From: Nanobdellota archaeon
GTDB taxonomy: Archaea > Nanobdellota > Nanobdellia > Woesearchaeales > CG1-02-33-12
Direction of reading: 5' to 3'
NCBI GenBank assembly: GCA_018819345.1
Contig: JAHJQG010000064.1
Coordinates: 33-64,032 of the forward strand
Length of the DNA stretch: 64,000 nt
The position numbers were made by a program, and so were the translations under genes. Positions within the stretch are counted from its first letter, which is position 1; each line of letters opens with the position of its first letter. The notes under the pieces are model-generated. The model was not told the DNA's origin, searched no databases, and saw only the letters and a list, made by a program, of their open reading frames with translations. Of the stretch, positions 37,879-46,597 are shown one piece after another.

Positions 37879-39948
37879 ATGAACTCTGAACTTGAAAGCC
37901 TGCTAAAAGATACTGAATCAAAATTCAATGATTTAGACAGAAAAATAAGCAATAATATAAATGATGAGCAGTCAAAAATAGATTCTCTTAAGAAAAAAAT
38001 CAAAAAATCGATTATTGGATTATTAATAATTGTTTCTCTTAGTTACTTTTCTGTTGAAGCCTACAAAGTTAAGAGAAAGCAGGATATCTTATTTGAAAAT
38101 TCTAGATATTACCAGGTAATGGAAGGCGAAACCTTGGAATCAATAGCAGAAAAAATCTGCAATGATAACTATAACATCAATAAAATAATTGCCTTCAACA
38201 AAAGATTTGATGAAGACTTTGATTCCATAGCCGAAAAGGGAGAAACAATACACTTTCCAAAAAAATATGTTAAAAATAGTGGAGAATTGAATAATTTTAG
38301 TTGGGAAAAGGCTGAATTAAATAAAAAAATTCAAAAAAACAAAAATCTTGTGGAAATAACATTCAATGGAAATATCACAAAACAGAGAATAGATAAGATT
38401 TATGAGATAATTGATGATCTTGATTCAAATTCAGAAAAACTTAAAATCCTCAAGCAAGACAATTATTTCAATAATGATGCTATGCTGCTTCTTGATCAAA
38501 TATTTAATCTTAAAGAGAACATAAAAAACAAAATAGATTCTGAAATAGAAAAAACGGACATTGAATTTAAACTAGTAAATAATATTTTTCATAGTGATAA
38601 CTGGGAAAAACCCGGAACCATTGAAAAGCTTGAGAATTTAATATCAAAAAACAATAAGATAAGATATTCATATGATTGCTTCAGGCAGCGTGATAAAATA
38701 ATTGAAACAGAAATAAGTGAACAAAAAATTGAGTCTGCAAAGGAAAAATATGTTAACATATTAGACAACATTATTTATGATATTGGCAAGAATAAGGAAA
38801 ACATTCAAGAGATTGAAAAGAATTTAGTAAATATCTTTAATCTTGGCATAAGGGAAGATGACATAAGCTTACTTAATAAACTAACAAAAAAATCAAATAC
38901 TCTAGCTTCTTATGAATTATGGAAGCAGGAAAAACATATCCAAACTGAAGTAAATAATTATCTAAATAAACTCAATAAATTAAAGAAAAGTATAGATAAA
39001 AAATTCTTTTTTGCAATTGAAAGCATAAGCAACAAAATTAATGAGTTCAAAGAGGAAAAAATTATTGAAACAACATTCAATGAAAACTTAACTAAAGACA
39101 AAGTAAATAATATTTATGATGTTCTTAATGAATTAAGCCAAAGCAAGTCAAAATACAAAATGCTGGAAAATGATTCTTATTTCAGAAAGAATCCTGATAA
39201 TGTGCTTAAGGAAATAGAAAGTTTAGAGAAAAACATAAACATGGGTATAAGCTATGAAATCAAAAAAGCTGATTCATGGCTTTCAAAATTAAAAAGCGAG
39301 CTTTACAATAAGAATTGGGAATCTCCTGGCACTATAGAAGAGCTAGAAAAACTTGATATAGCAAAACAAGAAATAAGGAATGTATATTATTGCTTTGAAA
39401 ATATCGAAAGGCTTGCAGAAGTGGATGATACTGGAAATTATATAAGCAGCAAGAAAGAAGCTTACCTTGCACTTTTGAATAAAGTAGAGGATTATATCAA
39501 CAAAGACAAATATAAGGTTGAGAGCTTACAAAGACAGCTTGACCCCTTACTCAGGCTTGGAATTCAGAACAAAGAGCTGCCATTAATCAGGGAACTCAAG
39601 GAAAAAGCTTCGGAAATAAAATATTACAACGAATGGAAAAATGAAAAAAGACTTGAAGAACAAATTAATGAATACACTGCCAAAATAAATAAATTTAATT
39701 TTGAGGTAAATAATAAGTTTAATTACGCACTTGGTATGATTAGCATAGAGCTCAGCAAATATGAAAAAGAAATTGCATATGGGGAGAAAACAGGAAAGAT
39801 CAAGGGTGCAGATACAAGGCTTAACTACATTGTAGAAAATCCATTGGCAATGATAAAATACAGATATGAATTATTAGGTTATCAAAAAGGCATAGAAAGA
39901 GCAAATAATCTTATAAATAAAATAAATTTTTTTATTGAATATTATTAA
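37879..39948 (+). CDS. Membrane-anchored LysM protein with two ~238-aa helical repeats
   Basis: TM SIIGLLIIVSLSYFSV; YQVMEGETLESIAEK...IIAFN...GETIHFP; NWEKPGTIEKLE and NWESPGTIEELE 714 nt apart. Confidence 0.78.
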   Translation: MNSELESLLKDTESKFNDLDRKISNNINDEQSKIDSLKKKIKKSIIGLLIIVSLSYFSVEAYKVKRKQDILFENSRYYQVMEGETLESIAEKICNDNYNINKIIAFNKRFDEDFDSIAEKGETIHFPKKYVKNSGELNNFSWEKAELNKKIQKNKNLVEITFNGNITKQRIDKIYEIIDDLDSNSEKLKILKQDNYFNNDAMLLLDQIFNLKENIKNKIDSEIEKTDIEFKLVNNIFHSDNWEKPGTIEKLENLISKNNKIRYSYDCFRQRDKIIETEISEQKIESAKEKYVNILDNIIYDIGKNKENIQEIEKNLVNIFNLGIREDDISLLNKLTKKSNTLASYELWKQEKHIQTEVNNYLNKLNKLKKSIDKKFFFAIESISNKINEFKEEKIIETTFNENLTKDKVNNIYDVLNELSQSKSKYKMLENDSYFRKNPDNVLKEIESLEKNINMGISYEIKKADSWLSKLKSELYNKNWESPGTIEELEKLDIAKQEIRNVYYCFENIERLAEVDDTGNYISSKKEAYLALLNKVEDYINKDKYKVESLQRQLDPLLRLGIQNKELPLIRELKEKASEIKYYNEWKNEKRLEEQINEYTAKINKFNFEVNNKFNYALGMISIELSKYEKEIAYGEKTGKIKGADTRLNYIVENPLAMIKYRYELLGYQKGIERANNLINKINFFIEYY

Positions 39949-40071
39949 ATAAGGGATTATAACATATGTTACAAGACAACACACACTTTAAATAGCATTA
40001 GTCTCAAATTCAAATATTTTTCTTTTAAAATCGAAAGAATTACGATTATTATGTCAATATTACGGATTTAA

Positions 40072-40110
40072 CGGAAATTCGCGTCTTTTTTCTTGAAAAT
40101 TCTTATTAAG
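40072..40110 (+). promoter_or_regulatory. Island promoter motif, copy 4
   Basis: CGGAAA-TTCGCG-TCTTTTTTCT-TGAAAA-TTC-TTATTAAG, 23 nt before ATG 40134. Confidence 0.72.
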
Positions 40111-40133
40111 AATGTAAGAGTTATATACATAAT

Positions 40134-41522
40134 ATGCATTCACAAAATAAAAAAAAGATTACATTAATTAACACCCCAAAAAAAGTATTTGGAGATACAA
40201 ACACTACAGAATTAGGTATTGATAATTCTTACCCTATAGGACTTTTATTAATTAGCAGCCAATTAAAAAATTATTCTGACAAACTTGGATTAGAAGTTAG
40301 GTTTATTGATGCAAACTTTTATCATAAAAATCCATGGAATATTGCAAATGAAGTACAATCTGACTATATTGGCTTAAATGCAACTTTTCCAAATGTTGAT
40401 ATAGCTAAACTTACTGCAAAATTAATAAAAGAAGCAAACCCTAATTCTAAAATCATATTAGGTGGACCAGCTGCAACCCTTGCACCAGAATACCTCCTCA
40501 ATAATTCTTCGATTGATTATATTGTTATGGGTGAAGGAGAACAAACTATTGTGGAACTAATTAATGCACTAAACTTTTCAAAAGACATTTCAACAATCAA
40601 AGGGATAGCTTATAAATCGCTGGATGAACTAATTATTACTCCTAAGAGAAATCCTATGAATCTTAATGAAACACCACTTATAGATATCTTAGAGATTCCT
40701 GAAGAAATAAGAAAATATTCTAGAGAAATTTATCTTATTACTAGTAGGGGATGTTCTAATTATTGTAATTTTTGTTCAACTCCAACAATTTGGGGAGCAG
40801 GTATAAAAAATTTAAGAGTACAAAGTAATGACCAATTATTTAAAGAGTTAAAGAATTATAAAGACAATGGTTTTGAATTTGATATAGTTCATTTTTTAGA
40901 TGATAGCTTTACCGAAAACTGGGATAGAATTAATAACTTCATAAATCGATGGAATAAATCCTATGGAAAAAAAGGAATATCATGGAGATGCTTATCAAGA
41001 GTCAACGCAATTAATAATAAATATAAAATTAAGAAGATGGTAGAGAGTGGATGTAAATCTGTTTCAGTGGGTGTAGAATCTGCTTCACCCCGGATATTAA
41101 AGGATATTGGAAAGGGGCTTAAAATCAAGGAGGTTGACAATTTTTTGGATATTACCTCTCAATATGGACTCAAAACTAAAGGGTTTATTATGTTAGGATT
41201 TCCAGAGGAAACAGAAGGAGAAGCCATATCAACAATTAATTATATGGTCAATTCAAAATTTGATGAGATTGGAATAAACATTGTGATGGCTTATCCACGC
41301 ACACGCTTATATAATCAGGTCCATAAAAAAGGAGAATTATCAATTCCTAAGTTCAAATCAATAGTTCCAAAGTCATATGACAAAAAAGTTACAAGGTCTC
41401 TAAATAAGTATAGTGCATTACCTACAATATCTTTATCCAAACATCTGGATATTGATAGATTATATTATCTTAAGGAGTTAGGATTCAGATTATTTTATGA
41501 AAAAAGAGAACATATAACTTAA
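40134..41522 (+). CDS. Cobalamin-binding radical SAM protein
   Basis: PIGLL, IILGGPAAT, GEGE B12-binding domain; TSRGCSNYCNFC; GVES; GFPEET. Confidence 0.92.
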   Translation: MHSQNKKKITLINTPKKVFGDTNTTELGIDNSYPIGLLLISSQLKNYSDKLGLEVRFIDANFYHKNPWNIANEVQSDYIGLNATFPNVDIAKLTAKLIKEANPNSKIILGGPAATLAPEYLLNNSSIDYIVMGEGEQTIVELINALNFSKDISTIKGIAYKSLDELIITPKRNPMNLNETPLIDILEIPEEIRKYSREIYLITSRGCSNYCNFCSTPTIWGAGIKNLRVQSNDQLFKELKNYKDNGFEFDIVHFLDDSFTENWDRINNFINRWNKSYGKKGISWRCLSRVNAINNKYKIKKMVESGCKSVSVGVESASPRILKDIGKGLKIKEVDNFLDITSQYGLKTKGFIMLGFPEETEGEAISTINYMVNSKFDEIGINIVMAYPRTRLYNQVHKKGELSIPKFKSIVPKSYDKKVTRSLNKYSALPTISLSKHLDIDRLYYLKELGFRLFYEKREHIT

Positions 41523-41560
41523 CGATAATTTATTAAACTCCAAATTTTCACTTTATATTT

Positions 41561-41956
41561 ATGAGAGCATACTTAGCAATAAAATTTCATGAGGACTATA
41601 GAAATAAGAGATTAATAGAAGAAATACTAGATGCCTTAGATAAATCTGGCTTTGAAACAACCACAATTGTAAGGGATTATGAAAAATGGGGAAAGATAAG
41701 ATTCAAGCCGAAAGAACTAATGGATTTAGCTTTTAAGTTAATAAGGGAATCAGATTTTTTAATAATAGAATTCTCAGAAAAAGGAATTGGACTTGGTATA
41801 GAGGCAGGCTATGCATATTCAATGAACATACCAATTATTATACTTGCTAAAAAAGGTTCTGATATATCCGAGACAATGAAGGGCATAGCTAAAGAATTGA
41901 TATTCTATGAGAAACCAGAGGAATTAGAACAGAAATTAAAAGAAATTCAAATTTAA
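41561..41956 (+). CDS. Nucleoside 2-deoxyribosyltransferase-like protein
   Basis: AYLA, ESDFLI, GLGIEAGYAYSMNIPII. Confidence 0.85.
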   Translation: MRAYLAIKFHEDYRNKRLIEEILDALDKSGFETTTIVRDYEKWGKIRFKPKELMDLAFKLIRESDFLIIEFSEKGIGLGIEAGYAYSMNIPIIILAKKGSDISETMKGIAKELIFYEKPEELEQKLKEIQI

Positions 41957-41996
41957 TGAGATTTTCATAAAAACCTTTATAAATAACCTGTTTTTT

Positions 41997-42704
41997 ATGT
42001 TTTGTATGGGCAAAAATCCGGAGCATATAGGAATTATTTTAGATGGAAACAGGCGCTTTGCAAAAAGGCTTAATTTAAATCCATGGAAAGGCCATGAGTT
42101 AGGTTTTGAAAAGCTCAAAAAACTGTTTAAATGGTGCAAGGAACTAGAAATTAAAGAGATAACACTTTACTGCTTCTCTATGCAAAACTTTAACAGACCT
42201 AAAAAAGAATTTGATTATCTAATGGATCTTTTTGAAAAGGGATTTAATGAAGTATCAACAAATGAAGATATTCATAAATATAAGATAAGAGTAAATGTGA
42301 TTGGCAGGCATTATTTATTTCCAGAAAAAGTACAAGAAAAAATAAAAAAAGTTATTGACCTAACTAAGGATTACAATGATTATAGGATTAATATTGCTCT
42401 TGCTTATGGCGGTAGGGAAGAGATTATTGATGCTGTGAAAAAAGTTGCTGAAAAAGTTAAGGACAAAGAGCTTGATATAGATGATATTAATGAAAAAACA
42501 TTTGCAAAAAACCTTTATTTAGACAGAGAGCCAGACCTCATAATAAGGACTGGTGGTGAGAAAAGAACAAGCAATTTTCTGCCATGGCAGTCAATATATT
42601 CTGAATGGGTCTTTCTTGAAAAGACTTGGCCAGAGTTTGAAAAAGAGGACCTAATAAAAGTTATTGAGGAATACAAGCAGAGGCAAAGGCGCTTCGGGAA
42701 ATAG
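41997..42704 (+). CDS. uppS: Polyprenyl diphosphate synthase (cis-prenyltransferase)
   Basis: HIGIILDGNRRFA, FSMQNFNRP, YGGREEI, PDLIIRTGGEKRTSNFLPWQ. Confidence 0.95.
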   Translation: MFCMGKNPEHIGIILDGNRRFAKRLNLNPWKGHELGFEKLKKLFKWCKELEIKEITLYCFSMQNFNRPKKEFDYLMDLFEKGFNEVSTNEDIHKYKIRVNVIGRHYLFPEKVQEKIKKVIDLTKDYNDYRINIALAYGGREEIIDAVKKVAEKVKDKELDIDDINEKTFAKNLYLDREPDLIIRTGGEKRTSNFLPWQSIYSEWVFLEKTWPEFEKEDLIKVIEEYKQRQRRFGK

Positions 42705-42705
42705 A

Positions 42706-43512
42706 TTAATATTTCTCAATTTTTTCCTTAACATTATTGATTACCCAATCAGGAGTTGATGCTCCAGCTGTCAATCCAATAAGATTCCTTCCATTAAACC
42801 ACTTATCATCAATCTCATCAGCTTTTTCTATGTGCTTTGTCTCAACTATTTTGCTGCATATTTCCCTTAATCTTTTTGTATTAGCACTGTTATATCCGCC
42901 AACAACAATCATCAGGTCAACTTTTTTGGCAAGCTTAATAGCAGAGTCCTGCCTTTTCTTTGTAGCATCACATATTGTATTAAAAACTTTTAAATCTGGA
43001 ATATTTTTCTTTAATATAGCGGCAATCTCATTAAATTTTTCTAGTGACTGTGTTGTCTGGGATAAAACACTGGCCTTACTAAACCTCAAACTTTTTGTTT
43101 CTTTTGCACTGTTTATCACAAGAGCATCATCAACGTTGCTAACAACCCCTTTGACTTCAGAATGTTCTCTATCGCCAAGTAAAATTATATTATATCCTTT
43201 TTCGTAAAATTCTCTAGCAAGATTCTGAACCCTTTTTACAAGAGGGCATGTTGTGTCTATTATTTTAAGGCCTTTTTTCCTTGCCTTCAAAATGTTTGAT
43301 TTTGATGTTCCATGGGCAGTTATAATCAAGGTTCTATCAGCTTCATCAACTGAATTAACAACCTTAATCCCTTTTTTCTCAAGCAGTTCAACAACCTGCG
43401 GATTATGTATTAATTGCCCCAATGTATAAGCATTTCTTTCCTTTAAAGCCATGTCCAATGCCCTTTTAACACCAAAGCAAAAACCCATGTTTTCTGCACA
43501 AATAACTTTCAT
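42706..43512 (-). CDS. ispH: HMBPP reductase
   Basis: GFCFGVKRA, IHNP, AHG, DTTCPLV, QTT, TICDAT..RQ, SANT, TAGASTP. Confidence 0.96.
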   Translation of the reverse strand: MKVICAENMGFCFGVKRALDMALKERNAYTLGQLIHNPQVVELLEKKGIKVVNSVDEADRTLIITAHGTSKSNILKARKKGLKIIDTTCPLVKRVQNLAREFYEKGYNIILLGDREHSEVKGVVSNVDDALVINSAKETKSLRFSKASVLSQTTQSLEKFNEIAAILKKNIPDLKVFNTICDATKKRQDSAIKLAKKVDLMIVVGGYNSANTKRLREICSKIVETKHIEKADEIDDKWFNGRNLIGLTAGASTPDWVINNVKEKIEKY

Positions 43513-43516
43513 AATT

Positions 43517-44380
43517 TCACCTTGTTTGTGTTATATAAACAAAATCAAGATTTTTCTTAAAGTAAGGATTTTTTGTTAAACTATTATATATGTTTTCTGC
43601 AACAGCTTTCTCTTCGGTTATCCCAAAAACAGTTGGTCCAGAGCCAGACATCAGTGCATTTAATGCACCATTTTGTATCATTTTTTTCTTAATTTCATTA
43701 ATAATTGGATGTTCTTTACAAATAGAATATTCAAAATCATTATGCATATTCTCTGCAATTTTATTAATATCCTCTTCTTTTATTGCATTAAGCATCTCAG
43801 CTGTTTTTAGCTGTTTGCCTGTTTTTTCATAATCAATATTATTATAAGCATCTTCTGTTGAAATATTAAAATTTGGTTTTGCTAAAACAACATAAAACTC
43901 TGGAATTTTTTCTATTTTCTGCAATTCATTACCCATACCTGTTGCATATGCTGTCCCGCCAAATAAGCAAAAAGCAACATCCATGCCAATATTATTGGAT
44001 ATTTCAATTAATTCCTTTTCTGACAAATTTAGATTAAAGAGTTTATTCATACCTTTTAATGTTGCAGCAGCATCTGAACTTCCTCCTCCAAGGCCAGCTA
44101 CAACAGGAATCCTTTTCTCAATAGTTATTTCAACACCTTCTTTTATTCCATAATTCTCAATCAGAATATTTGCTGCTTTGTAAGCAAGGTTTTCATTATC
44201 TGGACAAATATTAATATTGCACTTAAGTTTTATGCCCTTTTCTATTTTCTTTAGTTTAATTATATCATGCAGCTCAAGTTCCTGTATAACAGATTCTATT
44301 TTATGATATCCAGAAGCAAGCCTCTTAATGATATCCAAGGAGAGGTTTATTTTAGAGTATGCTTTTTGGATTAGTTCCAT
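43517..44380 (-). CDS. ispE: CDP-ME kinase
   Basis: KINLSLDI, GYH, KRIPVVAGLGGGSSDAA, NDFE, MSGSGPTVF. Confidence 0.95.
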   Translation of the reverse strand: MELIQKAYSKINLSLDIIKRLASGYHKIESVIQELELHDIIKLKKIEKGIKLKCNINICPDNENLAYKAANILIENYGIKEGVEITIEKRIPVVAGLGGGSSDAAATLKGMNKLFNLNLSEKELIEISNNIGMDVAFCLFGGTAYATGMGNELQKIEKIPEFYVVLAKPNFNISTEDAYNNIDYEKTGKQLKTAEMLNAIKEEDINKIAENMHNDFEYSICKEHPIINEIKKKMIQNGALNALMSGSGPTVFGITEEKAVAENIYNSLTKNPYFKKNLDFVYITQTR

Positions 44381-44384
44381 TATA

Positions 44385-44864
44385 TTAACACCTAACAACA
44401 GTTGCTATTGCAAATGCTTGTATTCCCATGCCTCTGCCAAAGGCAGTAAGGCCCTCGCCAGAAGTTGCTGTTATACCAATCATGTCCTGTGTTATCATTA
44501 ATATCCTTGCTATGCTCTTTTTCATATCATCAACATATGGCTCAATTCTTGGTTTTTTCGCCTCAATCATCACACCAATATTATTTATCCTATAACCGCT
44601 CTCTTTGACCATCTTCAATGCCAGTTTTAGGTATTCTCTGCTGTCTTTAATTCCTTCTCTGCACATCTTATCAGAATAAACCCCTATTGATCTTTTACCA
44701 ACAGCCTGGCTTAGGGCATTGAAGATAGCATGCAGCACAACATCACCATCAGATTTTGCCTTTAAGCCCTTTTCATTAGGGATTATTACACCACCAAGAA
44801 CAAGCCTTTTTTCACCTTTTCTTATAAATCTATGAGAATCCTGGCCAATACCAACCCTAATCAT
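44385..44864 (-). CDS. ispF: MEcPP synthase
   Basis: RVGIGQDSH, LVLGGV, SDGDVVLHA, ATSGEGL. Confidence 0.93.
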   Translation of the reverse strand: MIRVGIGQDSHRFIRKGEKRLVLGGVIIPNEKGLKAKSDGDVVLHAIFNALSQAVGKRSIGVYSDKMCREGIKDSREYLKLALKMVKESGYRINNIGVMIEAKKPRIEPYVDDMKKSIARILMITQDMIGITATSGEGLTAFGRGMGIQAFAIATVVRC

Positions 44865-45546
44865 AATAATCACCATTATTTTTTTTAAATATATGCTTTG
44901 CTATTACCAAATCATCTGGTGTTGTTATCTTTAAATTTTCATAATGTCCCCTGCATATCCTAATTTTATAACCTAATCTTTCAACTAATGAAGAATCATC
45001 TTTTCCAAAAAAACCATCTCTTTTTGCTGTTTCATGCGCCTTTTTAATAATATCTGCCTTGAATGTTTGCGGGGTTTGGGCAATCCATAATGCATCTCTG
45101 TCAAGGGTGTTTTGAACAAAACAATTATCAACCTTTTTTACAGTTTCCTTTAGAGGCACTGCAACAACAGAGGCTCCATAATTTATGGCATCCCTGATTG
45201 AGTTTGTTATAGAATCTTCTGTTACAAGCGGCCTTGCCCCATCATGGATAAGAATAATATCAGAATCTGCTTCCATAACACCGTTGTATGATGACTGCTG
45301 CCTTGTTTCGCCCCCAACAATTATTTTCCTGAGTTTTTTAAAGATATTTTTTTCAATAATCTTGTTGCAAGCTTCTAAATCCCTTTTGTTTACAACAACT
45401 ATTATCTCATTGATTAGCTTGTGGTTTTCAAATGCCCCTATTGTATGTATTAAAATTGGTTTTCGCAGCTCTAAAAAGAGTTTATTTTTATCAGCCATCA
45501 TTCTTTTTGCTTTTCCTGCTGCTAGTATTATTGCTGTTGTTTTCAT
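44857..45546 (-). CDS. ispD: MEP cytidylyltransferase
   Basis: ILAAG..RM, GGETRQQS, IHDGARP, QTPQ, NLKITTPDD. Confidence 0.95.
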   Translation of the reverse strand: MKTTAIILAAGKAKRMMADKNKLFLELRKPILIHTIGAFENHKLINEIIVVVNKRDLEACNKIIEKNIFKKLRKIIVGGETRQQSSYNGVMEADSDIILIHDGARPLVTEDSITNSIRDAINYGASVVAVPLKETVKKVDNCFVQNTLDRDALWIAQTPQTFKADIIKKAHETAKRDGFFGKDDSSLVERLGYKIRICRGHYENLKITTPDDLVIAKHIFKKNNGDYYD

Positions 45547-45555
45547 ACAATCCAC

Positions 45556-46596
45556 CTATAGTTTATTTATTTCATCTAATAATGCTTTAAGAATCTTATC
45601 TTTCTTTACCTTCTTAACAACATTTCCCTTTCTGAAGATTATTCCAAAGTTTTTTGCACCAGCAACACCAACATCTGCCTCTCTTGCTTCTCCTGGCCCA
45701 TTGACAGCACAACCCATAACAGCTATCTTAATTGGTTTTCTTATGTGTGCTGTTGCCTTTTCAACACTTTTTGTTAATCCAATTAAATCTATTTCTGTTC
45801 TGCCGCAGCTAGGGCATGAAATTATTGTTCTCTGCTTTCTTAAGCCAAGGCTGTTTAGTATTTCAAAGCCTGCTTTTACTTCCTCTAATGGATTTGATGT
45901 CAGTGAAACCCTTATTGTGTCACCAATGCCATCTAATAATAATGATCCAATCCCTATTGATGATTTTATTGTTCCGCTATAAGCAGTTCCTGCCTCTGTA
46001 ATTCCAATATGAAAAGGATAATCAACTTTACTGGCCATCATCCTGTAAGCATCAACAGTTCTTTTAATGTCAGAGGCTTTCATTGAAATAATTGTGTTGT
46101 AGAAGTCAAGCTCTTCAAGGATTTTTATATGTTTTAGAGCAGAATTAACCATTGCTTTTGAGGTTAGGCCAAATTTTTCAATAATCTCTTTCTCTAAAGA
46201 GCCAAGGTTTACGCCAATCCTTATTGGGATATGATAATCCTTTGCTTGCTCTACAACCAATTTAACTTTATCATTAGAACCAATATTCCCGGGATTTATC
46301 CTTAGCTTGTCAGCATATTTTGCTGATTCCAATGCAAGCCTGTAATCAAAGTGTATGTCTGCAACCAATGGTATGCTTATATTCTCCTTTATTTTCTTCA
46401 ATGATTTTGCTTCATTCATATCTGTAACAGAAACCCTTATTATCTCGCATCCAGCTTCTTCTAGCTCATGAATCTGCCTTACTGTTGCATCTATATCTCT
46501 TGTGTGTGTAGTACACATTGACTGGACAGTAATTGGAGCATTGCCGCCAATCTTTAGTTTTCCTACCTTTACACCTCTTGTTTTTCTTCTCTTCAT
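45556..46596 (-). CDS. ispG: HMBPP synthase
   Basis: VQSM, PLVADIHFD, RINPGNIG, GDTIRVSL, SCPSCGR, MGCAVNGPGEA. Confidence 0.97.
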   Translation of the reverse strand: MKRRKTRGVKVGKLKIGGNAPITVQSMCTTHTRDIDATVRQIHELEEAGCEIIRVSVTDMNEAKSLKKIKENISIPLVADIHFDYRLALESAKYADKLRINPGNIGSNDKVKLVVEQAKDYHIPIRIGVNLGSLEKEIIEKFGLTSKAMVNSALKHIKILEELDFYNTIISMKASDIKRTVDAYRMMASKVDYPFHIGITEAGTAYSGTIKSSIGIGSLLLDGIGDTIRVSLTSNPLEEVKAGFEILNSLGLRKQRTIISCPSCGRTEIDLIGLTKSVEKATAHIRKPIKIAVMGCAVNGPGEAREADVGVAGAKNFGIIFRKGNVVKKVKKDKILKALLDEINKL

Positions 46597-46597
46597 T

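Noticed and set aside
45185-45982. 265-aa plus-strand ORF and the many other antisense ORFs in the track (e.g. 2055..2588, 9714..10241, 28141..28737, 42737..43207)
   Set aside because: Shadows of well-supported genes on the opposite strand, with Ser/Phe/Ile-rich composition and no motifs
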